A DNA stretch of 64,000 nucleotides from Chthonomonadaceae bacterium (GTDB taxonomy: Bacteria > Armatimonadota > Chthonomonadetes > Chthonomonadales > Chthonomonadaceae): positions 1 to 64,000 of the forward strand of contig DASRGZ010000056.1 in the NCBI GenBank assembly GCA_035650735.1, given 5' to 3'. A model generated the notes under the pieces. That model had not been told where the DNA came from. It saw nothing but the letters and a program-made list of their open reading frames with translations, and did not search any database. Position numbers and translations under genes: made by a program. Each line of letters opens with the position of its first letter. The first letter of the stretch is position 1. Below are positions 31,390-39,616 of the stretch, piece by piece.

Positions 31390-31415
31390 GGAACCGACGA
31401 CCTATAACCTCCGTC
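31390..31415 (+). promoter_or_regulatory. Possible ECF-sigma promoter upstream of SDR
   Basis: GGAAC-17 nt-CGTC. Confidence 0.35.
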
Positions 31416-31573
31416 ATGTATTTATCGAATGCCAGTTGAAATGCATGCTCGACGGCACGGCCTGAAAGCGCAGAAGGCCAGAGGCGAGCGCCGCACTTTA
31501 ACCGTGGCTGGAGAGTGAGCGTCTGAGGGGCAACCGCATTGGAAGGCGGGGCTATCGCGAGAGGAGAAGAGCG

Positions 31574-32635
31574 ATGCGAAAAGCGGACATGCAGAAATAC
31601 GCGCTGGCGGCGGCGGGCGTAGGCGCCTGGTTGGCCGTGCGCGCTCTCCTACGGAACCGCCGCGCCTACGACCTGCACGGCCGGACGGTGCTCATCACCG
31701 GCGGCTCCCGAGGATTGGGCCTGCTGCTGGCACGCGAGTTCGCGCGCGAGGGAGCGCGCATTGCCCTCTGCGCGCGCGACATGGAAGAGCTGGAGCGGGC
31801 CCGCAAAGAGCTGGAGCAGAACGGCGCGGAGGTGTTCGCCGCACCCTGCGATCTCACCGACCGCAACCAGGTGGAAATGTGGGTGCGCGCCGTCCGTGAT
31901 CGTTTCGGCTCCGTAGATGTGCTGGTCAACAACGCGGGCATTATCCAGGTCGGTCCGATGGAGGAGATGCTATTGGAGGATTATGAAGCGGCGATGCAGA
32001 TCCACTTCTGGGCTACGGTCTACACGACGCTGGCCGTCCTGCCGGAGATGCGGCAGCGGGGATCCGGGCGCATCGTCAATATCACTTCCATCGGCGGTAA
32101 GATCAGCCCGCCCCACCTGCTGCCCTACAACGCCAGCAAGTTCGCGCAGGTCGGGTTCTCGGAGGGATTGCGCGCCGAGCTGGCCAAAGATGGCGTCCTG
32201 GTGACGACCGTATGCCCGGGCCTGATGCGCACCGGCAGCCATGTCAACGCGACCTTCAAGGGCCAACACCGCACAGAGTACACGCTTTTTAGCCTGATTG
32301 CCGCGATGCCCGTGCTCTCCATGAACGCCGAAAAAGCCGCCCGTCAGATCGTGACCGCCTGCAAACGGGGAGACGCCGAAGTGGTTCTCACCCTCCCGGC
32401 CCAGGTCGGCGCCGCCGTGCACGGCCTCTTCCCCGGACTCACCGCCGACCTGCTCGGCGTCGTCAATCGACTCTTGCCCGGCCCGGGCGGCATCGGCACC
32501 GGGCACGCCAAAGGCAAAGATAGCCAAACGGCGCTCTCTCCCTCCTGGCTGACGGCCCATATTGATGCCGCCGCCCAGAGCAACAACGAACTCATCCGTC
32601 CCGGAGAGGCTGACGCCTCCCGGCATTCCGCCTGA
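31574..32635 (+). CDS. Short-chain dehydrogenase/reductase
   Basis: TGGSRGLG, NNAG, YNASK. Confidence 0.92.
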   Translation: MRKADMQKYALAAAGVGAWLAVRALLRNRRAYDLHGRTVLITGGSRGLGLLLAREFAREGARIALCARDMEELERARKELEQNGAEVFAAPCDLTDRNQVEMWVRAVRDRFGSVDVLVNNAGIIQVGPMEEMLLEDYEAAMQIHFWATVYTTLAVLPEMRQRGSGRIVNITSIGGKISPPHLLPYNASKFAQVGFSEGLRAELAKDGVLVTTVCPGLMRTGSHVNATFKGQHRTEYTLFSLIAAMPVLSMNAEKAARQIVTACKRGDAEVVLTLPAQVGAAVHGLFPGLTADLLGVVNRLLPGPGGIGTGHAKGKDSQTALSPSWLTAHIDAAAQSNNELIRPGEADASRHSA

Positions 32636-32884
32636 GTCGCCCTGCCGCCAAAGCGCGCAGCAACTCCCGCTCGGAGAATTACGAATTTGGATGGCAATTC
32701 TGCTTTGCTTTGTCTCGTACAAGGCAACAAGGGCAGGCTGGCTTTTTCCCGCCGTAAAAGTCGGAAGGACGGAGCAGAGTTTTGTTAGGCACCTGTCCTT
32801 TCCGGGGAGCAGACTGCCGCCTGGGGAGGCGGAAGGGCGGAGCAGAGTTTTGTCAGGCACTCTTTCTCTGAAGAGAGCGTTATT

Positions 32885-33358
32885 ATGAGTAAGGGAAAAC
32901 GGATTCTCATCGGCGCTGGCATCGCCCTGGTCATCGCCGCGGCGCTTTTCCTGGTCGGCTTCTTCATTGGACGCGGGCAAATGGCAGCGCAGCAGGCGCA
33001 GGCACAGCAGTTGCGAGCACAGGCACAGCAATTGCGGGCGCAGTTTGCCACGGCGGAAGCGCTCAGTCGGCTGCTTGTTGCGCGCGGTTGGGTTTATCGC
33101 GCCACCATTGACCTGGAGCAGCGCAATTTTGGCCTGGCCAACAGCGACCTCAGCCGCGCGACGGCGATCCTGCGCTCGGTGCAGCCAGCCCAGGCGGGCG
33201 TGGACCCGACGCAAATGCAACGGCTCGCGCAGGCCATTGCCGGCACGAACGTCCAGGTAGCCACGGACATCGGGAATCAACGCAGACAGATATTGGCGCT
33301 GGCAGACGGGCTCGATACTCTGCTGCCGCAGCAGGTTGCGCAGGCCGATGTCCGCTAA
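32885..33358 (+). CDS. Hypothetical membrane-anchored helical protein
   Basis: N-terminal TM then a QAQQLRA heptad repeat. Confidence 0.7.
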   Translation: MSKGKRILIGAGIALVIAAALFLVGFFIGRGQMAAQQAQAQQLRAQAQQLRAQFATAEALSRLLVARGWVYRATIDLEQRNFGLANSDLSRATAILRSVQPAQAGVDPTQMQRLAQAIAGTNVQVATDIGNQRRQILALADGLDTLLPQQVAQADVR

Positions 33359-33427
33359 GAGCGCCTGACAAATCCTCCCTTGCTCCTCTCGTAAAGAAAG
33401 GGCTATGCGGGGTTTTGCCAGGAGCTC
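33359..33427. mobile_element. Short MITE with IS5-like GAG ends, directly after a TAA stop
   Basis: gagcgcctgacaaatcc/ggttttgccaggagctc (14/17 complementary). Confidence 0.55.
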
Positions 33428-33499
33428 TCTTCAGGCAACGGCTGGCTGCCTGGAAACGAACCAGGGCAGCGTCTGCTGTCCTGAATCTGGAGGCGTATC

Positions 33500-34273
33500 G
33501 TGGTATCTTCTCCCAAACTTGGTATGCGTCTGGCCCGAACGCTAATCTTTGCGATAGACACTATACAGCGGCGGCGGCACCGCGTCTATGAATTTGAAAG
33601 CGATCCGCATTGCATCTTTCGGATCTCCCGCTGCCAGAGTCCCCAGGATCGGGTGCTCTCTGATGGGACTATAATCCATCGGGGCGACCCCATCCTGGAG
33701 TTTCACTTCTGGAATGAGCGCGTTCCGCGCATGGGCCCCGAAGGCCCCGATCTAACCTGGGGCCTGCGGTTTTGCCATGATTTCCGTTACTCGTTGCGCG
33801 CGCTGGCCGATTATATCCGCAACCGACCGGACATGGATGATATTGTCGCCATACGCGGCGAGTCCTCCTTCCCCTCCACGATGGGATGGCAGCGTTATAT
33901 TGACTTATGCAACCGATTGGGGTTTGATTTCAGCCCGTTACCGTCTACCGCACCCGCAGAACGCCTGGCCAGCTTCTTTACCCATCTGTATGTGTGGATC
34001 ATGATCTGGGCGCTCAGCCCGGCTAGCTTAAAGGGCCGCTCGGTGATCCGCGCCGAGCGCTGCGAGCTCTGGCTTTCCTGTGACGCGCTGCTGCGGCGCT
34101 ACGGCACGGAGACCGCACAGCGGCGCGCTCAGCATCTTGGGCCGACATTGCCCTCCGCAGAGCCGTCCTCTCACCAGGAGGAGATGGCCCTGCCGAATGG
34201 GGCGGGCGAGGACTCCGCGCGCCCCTCGCGCAGTGGCCTGCTGGCGTCTCTCTTCCGCACTCGCGCGCAATAG
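33500..34273 (+). CDS. YkoP-like protein
   Basis: LSDGT.I..GD.ILEFHFWNE...SLRALA...RLGF pattern. Confidence 0.7.
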   Translation: MVSSPKLGMRLARTLIFAIDTIQRRRHRVYEFESDPHCIFRISRCQSPQDRVLSDGTIIHRGDPILEFHFWNERVPRMGPEGPDLTWGLRFCHDFRYSLRALADYIRNRPDMDDIVAIRGESSFPSTMGWQRYIDLCNRLGFDFSPLPSTAPAERLASFFTHLYVWIMIWALSPASLKGRSVIRAERCELWLSCDALLRRYGTETAQRRAQHLGPTLPSAEPSSHQEEMALPNGAGEDSARPSRSGLLASLFRTRAQ

Positions 34274-34291
34274 TCTGATATCGGAAGAAGT

Positions 34292-34981
34292 ATGCACACT
34301 CCGCACGGTTTCTTAGACAGATTGCTGCACGCGCTCGTAACCGAGGCGCATCCTCTTGGCTGGTGGAGCTACGTGATCCTGGCGCTTATCGTGATGGTCG
34401 AAGGTCCTGTGGCTACGCTGGTGGGTGCGGGCGCGGCCTCCGCTGGCCTACTCAATCCTTTTATCGTCTTTTTCTCGGCGGCCATCGGAAACTTGACCGG
34501 CGATCTGCTCTGGTATTCGCTGGGACGCCTGGGCAAGGTAGAATGGCTGCTCCAGCACGGGCATCTGTTCGGCCTGAGCCGGGCCAAGATGCTCGACATG
34601 GAGCAGAAGCTGCGCCAGAACGTGCCCAAGATCGTCTTTGCCGCCAAGCTGACGCTGGTTTTCATGATCCCGGTGCTGGTCACGGCGGGCATGCTGCGCG
34701 TGCGCTTGCGCCGCTGGTTTCCCATTGATGCGGTGGCCGAAACCATCTGGACCGGGTCGCTGGTGGCGGCGGGGTACTTTTTGAGCGGCTATATTATCCG
34801 CCTGGAGCGCGGCCTTCAGATCGTAGCGGCGGCAGGCTTCGCCGTTTGTGTGATTGCGGGACTGCTCTTCCTCCGCCACTATGGAGCGCGCTGGGAGAAG
34901 ACTCATCGTTCGCTGCCGGAGGAGCCGCCCGCCGGGACGACTGCCCGGCAAGGTAACAAGCCGCTGCCGCATCGCCCCTGA
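34292..34981 (+). CDS. DedA/VTT-family membrane protein
   Basis: VEGP, GNLTGDLLWYSLGR, AG+..+..F motif. Confidence 0.85.
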   Translation: MHTPHGFLDRLLHALVTEAHPLGWWSYVILALIVMVEGPVATLVGAGAASAGLLNPFIVFFSAAIGNLTGDLLWYSLGRLGKVEWLLQHGHLFGLSRAKMLDMEQKLRQNVPKIVFAAKLTLVFMIPVLVTAGMLRVRLRRWFPIDAVAETIWTGSLVAAGYFLSGYIIRLERGLQIVAAAGFAVCVIAGLLFLRHYGARWEKTHRSLPEEPPAGTTARQGNKPLPHRP

Positions 34982-35004
34982 GAGAGCTTCAAGGGCGGAC
35001 AGTT

Positions 35005-35145
35005 AGCGACGGAATAGAATTCCTTCGCTGTAGGGCCCTCCGGGCCGTGTGTCCCTGCGGGACACGTCCCGGCTGCCAACAGGGAAAGTGTCCCGAAGGG
35101 ACACACAGCCGTAGGCTCTAGAGCGAAGGGTTTCTAACCCGTCGC
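35005..35145. repeat. REP-like palindrome cluster
   Basis: gcgacggaatagaattccttcgc, gtgtccc-N-gggacac twice, gcgaagggtttctaacccgtcgc. Confidence 0.65.
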
Positions 35146-35267
35146 AACAAAAGTGTCCGCCCCTGAATTGATAGAGCCACCGGTGGCGCCCGGCCTGATC
35201 TGTGCAGCCTCCTCCGGGGCTTGCTCTGACTTCTAGCGAGTAGCTCCAGGAGGCCAGGAGCGAGAAC

Positions 35268-36500
35268 GTGCGTATCGTCATCGCCACCCAAAACTACTTT
35301 CAGCCCAATAACGGCCAGGCAGTCTTCGTGGCGCACCTGGCGGAGGGATTGGCCTCCGACGGGCATCAGGTGCTGGTAATGACGCCCTCGGATCGCCGCC
35401 GCGCCTATACGACCACGCAAGGGCGTGTGCGCGTTGAGGCGATTACGGCCCTCTCCCTGGCGCCCTGGTATCCCGACGTCTATGTGACGTTCCGACCTCA
35501 GAAAGAAGTCGCACGCCTGCTGGAGAGCTTCGCGCCGGATATCGTGCATATCCAGGATCACTTTCCCCTCTGCCGGAGCGTGGTGCGCGCGGCCCGGCAG
35601 CGCCGCCTGCCCCTGATCGGCACCAACCACTTCCTGCCGGAGAACATTATTCCCTTCGTTCCCGTGCTCTCCCGCTCGGCCCGGTGCCGCCGATGGATGG
35701 AGCGGCTGCTCTGGCGTATGGTGCTGCGCGTTTTTGATAAGATGGGACTGGCTACAGCGCCGACCGAAACCGCCGCTGCCCTTTTGCGTCGGCAGGGGCT
35801 CGTGGTGCCGGTGTATGCCGTCTCCTGCGGCGTGGACCTGGACACCTACCGCCCCGACCCGAGCGTGGATCGCGCGGCCCTGCGTCGGCGCTACGGCCTT
35901 AGCCCGGATCGCCCCATCCTGTTCTTTGTCGGGCGTGTGGATCGGGAGAAGCGGCTGGACGTGCTGATCGAGGCCCTGCCGCAGTTGGAGCCTGCGGCGG
36001 CGCAGCTTGCGATAGCGGGCCGGGGGCGCGATCTGGCGGCGCTTCAGGCGCAGGCTCAGCGCCTGGGGCTGGCGGATCGCGTGGTATTTGTCGGCTTTGT
36101 GCCGGAGGCGGACCTGCCGGCCCTGCTCAATAGCGTGGATATCTTCGCCATGCCCAGCGAGGCGGAACTGCTGAGCCTCGCGACGCTAGAGGCGATGGCG
36201 ACCGGCCTGCCGGTGCTGGCGGCTAATGCCCGCGCCCTGCCGGAGCTGGTGGAGAACGGCGTCAACGGCTACTTGTTTCGCGCCGGGGATGCCGGAGACG
36301 CGGCCCGGCGCATCGATCAGCTTCTCTGCGAACAGCACCGCTGGGGCGCGATGGGCGCAGCCAGCCTGGCCAAAGCGCGCGCCCACAGCCTCCAGAATAC
36401 GATCCGCCGCTACGAAGAGCTCTACCACCAGACGCTGGCCCTGTCCGCTCCGGCTCTTGCTGCTAACGCGCCACTGGCAAATCCTCCTTCCTCGGCTTAG
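35268..36500 (+). CDS. GT4 glycosyltransferase (glycolipid synthase-like)
   Basis: FVGRVDREK, PSEAELLSLATLEAM (Ex7E). Confidence 0.9.
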   Translation: MRIVIATQNYFQPNNGQAVFVAHLAEGLASDGHQVLVMTPSDRRRAYTTTQGRVRVEAITALSLAPWYPDVYVTFRPQKEVARLLESFAPDIVHIQDHFPLCRSVVRAARQRRLPLIGTNHFLPENIIPFVPVLSRSARCRRWMERLLWRMVLRVFDKMGLATAPTETAAALLRRQGLVVPVYAVSCGVDLDTYRPDPSVDRAALRRRYGLSPDRPILFFVGRVDREKRLDVLIEALPQLEPAAAQLAIAGRGRDLAALQAQAQRLGLADRVVFVGFVPEADLPALLNSVDIFAMPSEAELLSLATLEAMATGLPVLAANARALPELVENGVNGYLFRAGDAGDAARRIDQLLCEQHRWGAMGAASLAKARAHSLQNTIRRYEELYHQTLALSAPALAANAPLANPPSSA

Positions 36501-36508
36501 CCCCCACC

Positions 36509-36537
36509 TTGACACACTGCCGAGCGGCGTCTATAAT
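36509..36537 (+). promoter_or_regulatory. Perfect-consensus sigma-70 promoter
   Basis: TTGACA-17 nt-TATAAT. Confidence 0.9.
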
Positions 36538-36769
36538 GAGAAGCAGCGCCCTCCTGTGAATTTGTCCACAGCGGTTGCCAGACGGGATACTTTCCTGCAT
36601 ACGGCACGTACTAACAGGTAGGATGCGCTTGATCGCCATTCCCATCTTGTGGGTTCTGCTGTAGGTCTCGCTGGCAAGCGAGCAAGCCGCGCACCGCGTT
36701 CCCGGCGCGCAAAGCCGGGTCCTGTCAGCGCCCATGACGACAACCGCCGTTCGAGAGGAGAATCCAAAC

Positions 36770-38098
36770 ATGAAACTGCACTCGACCCGAGCGCTGGGCG
36801 GAAAATGCGTCGGACTGGCTGCTGCCCTCGGCGGAAGTCTCGCCCTGGCGTTGCTGCCGACGATAGCGCAGGCCCAGATCAACCGTTCCCGGCTGCCCCA
36901 GCCCGCGCCGTCCGGCCCGTCCGCTACCATCAACGCGCCGCGCATCTATTCTCCCGGCCTCTATAACGACCTGTACGGCGCGCCCTCGCCCTTCTACAAC
37001 AATCGTGCCGGACGTTACGGCCTGAACAATGGCCAGCAGCCGCTCGATTTCAATTCGCTTTTCTCGCGCAACAGTCTGGGCGCGCGTGCCGACGTGCGGG
37101 TTCTCTACCCAAACCCCAACAACTCTCTGAGCGCGGCGGATCGGCTCAACTCCCGGCGATACCTGGATAACAGCCCGCTCCATCCGAACCCGCCCAACCA
37201 GCTCAACGATGTGCTGTACGGGGGTCGGCCCGGCGGCGTCCAGAACTACGAGCCCAACCAGCTTCATGATGTGCTCTATGGCGGGCGCGCGGTGCCGCCG
37301 GCCAACGCCACGAAGAGCTTCGACCGGTTCAACCGCTCCCTCGAAGGCTACCTGTATCGGAACGGCCTTATCGGGCGGGCCTGCGTGCACATCTACTACA
37401 ATTGGAGCAATGTCTACTTCCCGGATAATTGCGCCTGCTACCCGTACTACTATGAGACCTACGTGCCCGGCGTCACCATTCTCTCGCCCTACGCCTACTA
37501 CTATGGCATGTTCCCGCCCTACATCGGCCTGAACGCAGTCGCCTACACGCCGCCGCAGTATATCTACGTGCCGGTTCCGGTCTACAACAACCTGGGCCGC
37601 TATCAGGGCTGGCGCACCGACGACCTGGACGACTACTACCTCAACCGCGACCAGGACGAGTCCAAGAGCAAGCCGCAGGGAGAGGGCGATTATCGGATCG
37701 GCGAGGAGAAGCCCAAGACCGACCCCGCTCTGAATAAGGCTGTCGAGGACATCCGCAAAGCCTGGGAGACCGGCGACATCCAGATGCTTGCCAGGCACGT
37801 CCGCCGCGACTCGCGGATCGCGGTCTACTTGCGCGGTAAATACCAGTACTCGCTGGAGGCGGGCGATTACTTGGACATGACCCGCGATGCGCTCCGCACC
37901 AACGCGACCCTCAGCTTCACGCTGGACCGAGTCCAGCGCAAGGAAAATGGCGTCTATGCCGTCAGCGGGCGCCACGCCTATCGCAGCAAAGAGGGCTCCA
38001 AGCGCACTGTCTACGTCAGCTTCGTCCTGGAGAAGATGGACGACTCCTATATCATCACCCAGGTCGGCACCGCCCCGGATCTGGCTCAGGATCAGTGA
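36770..38098 (+). CDS. Secreted Tyr/Pro/Asn-rich protein with C-terminal NTF2-like domain
   Basis: GAGGAG RBS, signal peptide ending AQA, internal PNQLxDVLYGGR repeat. Confidence 0.75.
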   Translation: MKLHSTRALGGKCVGLAAALGGSLALALLPTIAQAQINRSRLPQPAPSGPSATINAPRIYSPGLYNDLYGAPSPFYNNRAGRYGLNNGQQPLDFNSLFSRNSLGARADVRVLYPNPNNSLSAADRLNSRRYLDNSPLHPNPPNQLNDVLYGGRPGGVQNYEPNQLHDVLYGGRAVPPANATKSFDRFNRSLEGYLYRNGLIGRACVHIYYNWSNVYFPDNCACYPYYYETYVPGVTILSPYAYYYGMFPPYIGLNAVAYTPPQYIYVPVPVYNNLGRYQGWRTDDLDDYYLNRDQDESKSKPQGEGDYRIGEEKPKTDPALNKAVEDIRKAWETGDIQMLARHVRRDSRIAVYLRGKYQYSLEAGDYLDMTRDALRTNATLSFTLDRVQRKENGVYAVSGRHAYRSKEGSKRTVYVSFVLEKMDDSYIITQVGTAPDLAQDQ

Positions 38099-38105
38099 TA
38101 GTATA

Positions 38106-38336
38106 GCCCTCACCCCCAACCCCTCGTGCAGGGTGTAGGGGATAGGGTGTAGGGGATAGGGTGTAGGGTGTAGGGGTGCCCTCACCCCCAACCCCTCTCC
38201 CGGCGCTGCGGGAGAGGGGAGAGGGGAAGCCGGGTCCCCCCCTTCCCTGTGAGCGTAGCGAACGCAATAGGGTCGCGAGGCGGAGGGCCCAACCATAGCA
38301 GGCCCTACCCTTGCAGTAGGGGCCGGGGGGTTAGGA
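38106..38336. repeat. Composite palindromic repeat with G-rich heptamer tandem
   Basis: gccctcacccccaacccctc twice, (TAGGGTG/TAGGGGA)n at 38130-38177, then the family core ending ggggttagg. Confidence 0.9.
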
Positions 38337-38350
38337 GGGCTGAGTTGCAA

Positions 38351-38389
38351 GAGCGCCTCCCTTTTCCGTAGGGAGGCGCTCATTTTATT
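38351..38389. terminator. Terminator between convergent genes
   Basis: gagcgcctccc/gggaggcgctc stem followed by attttatt. Confidence 0.7.
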
Positions 38390-38428
38390 GGCTCTTGTTA
38401 TCGCCAGGGGAACGAGGCAAGGCCCGAT

Positions 38429-39361
38429 TCAGGCACCGGCAATCTCTCCGCCTGTCTCCATGATCACCGCACCGGACACGTAGGAGCTATCCCGGCAGGC
38501 CAGGAAGACGTAGGCGGGCGCCATCTCGGCGGGCTGGGCCGCGCGCTTCATGGGCGTGTCCTGTCCAAACTTACTGACATGCTCGGGGGGGAAGGAGGAC
38601 GGAATCAGCGGCGTCCAGACGGGGCCGGGCGCCACGGCGTTGACGCGAATGCCCTTCGGCGTTAGCTCCTCGGCCAGCGACTTTGTGAAGTTGACGATGG
38701 CCCCTTTCGTGGCGGCATAGTCCATCAGCTTAGGCGAGGGCTTGAACGCCTGAATGGAGGCCGTGTTGACGATGGCCGCTCCCTGTTTCAGGTGCGGCAG
38801 CGCAGCCTTGGCCATGAAGAAATAGCCGAAGATGTTGGAGCGGAAGGTCAGTTCCAGTTGCTCGGCGCTGATCTCTTCCAGTCCCCTCGTCACATACTGC
38901 TCGGCGGCGTTGTTGACCAGGACATCCAGGTGACCGAACTCCTGCACCGTGCGCTCGACGGCCTGTCGGCAGAAGTTCTCGTCGCCGACATCGCCCGCAA
39001 TCGTGATGCAGCGCCGGCCATACTGCTCGACTTTGCGCCGGGCCTCCTCCGCATCCTGATGCTCGTTCAGGTAGACAACGGCGACGTCGGCCCCCTCCTT
39101 GGCGAAAGCGATGGCGACCGCGCGCCCGATGCCGCTGTCGCCGCCGGTAACGATGGCGACCTTGTCCATCAGCTTGCCTGCCGCCCTGTATTCAGGATCA
39201 TCCTCCAGGGGCCTGGGCTGCATCTCGGCCTGGATGCCGGGCTGACGCTCCTGATGCTGGGGCGGAAACGCCTGCTGCTGTTGCCGTCCCTGATGCTGCT
39301 CTTGCTGCTGCCCCTGCTGCGTTTGCTGCTGTTGTCCCTGCTGTTGCTGCGATTGTGCCAT
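38429..39361 (-). CDS. SDR oxidoreductase, YdaD/YhdF general-stress type, Gln-rich N-terminus
   Basis: TGGDSGIGRAVA, NNAAEQ, YAATKGA, PGPVWTPL. Confidence 0.92.
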   Translation of the reverse strand: MAQSQQQQGQQQQTQQGQQQEQHQGRQQQQAFPPQHQERQPGIQAEMQPRPLEDDPEYRAAGKLMDKVAIVTGGDSGIGRAVAIAFAKEGADVAVVYLNEHQDAEEARRKVEQYGRRCITIAGDVGDENFCRQAVERTVQEFGHLDVLVNNAAEQYVTRGLEEISAEQLELTFRSNIFGYFFMAKAALPHLKQGAAIVNTASIQAFKPSPKLMDYAATKGAIVNFTKSLAEELTPKGIRVNAVAPGPVWTPLIPSSFPPEHVSKFGQDTPMKRAAQPAEMAPAYVFLACRDSSYVSGAVIMETGGEIAGA

Positions 39362-39616
39362 GCGCGTTCTTCCCTCCTGAGATTCGATCTCCTATCCGGC
39401 TTATGGCCATGCCCCTGCCGCAAGGGCAGGCCGGACCTCGACTTGCCGTAGACGTCCTTAATAGCGCGTAGCGGTCGAAAAAAACATCGAACTCAAGGCG
39501 GAGTTTCCGGTAGATCTTTGGGAAGAGGCGCGCAGCGCTCGAAAGATCAGGGCAAGAGCATTCTCCTTTCATCCTTCCGCCTTCCCCCTTGGTGGGAGGC
39601 CGGCAGTGGCCGAAGG

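Noticed and set aside
31508..31540. GGAGAG...GAGGGGCAA resembles a glycine riboswitch
   Set aside because: No CTCTCAGG 3' motif or P2 hairpin.
36725..38383. Long antisense ORFs (e.g. 36725-38383, 26391-27629, 45326-46729, 62075-63277)
   Set aside because: Shadows of GC-rich codon usage on the opposite strand; no motifs or RBS.
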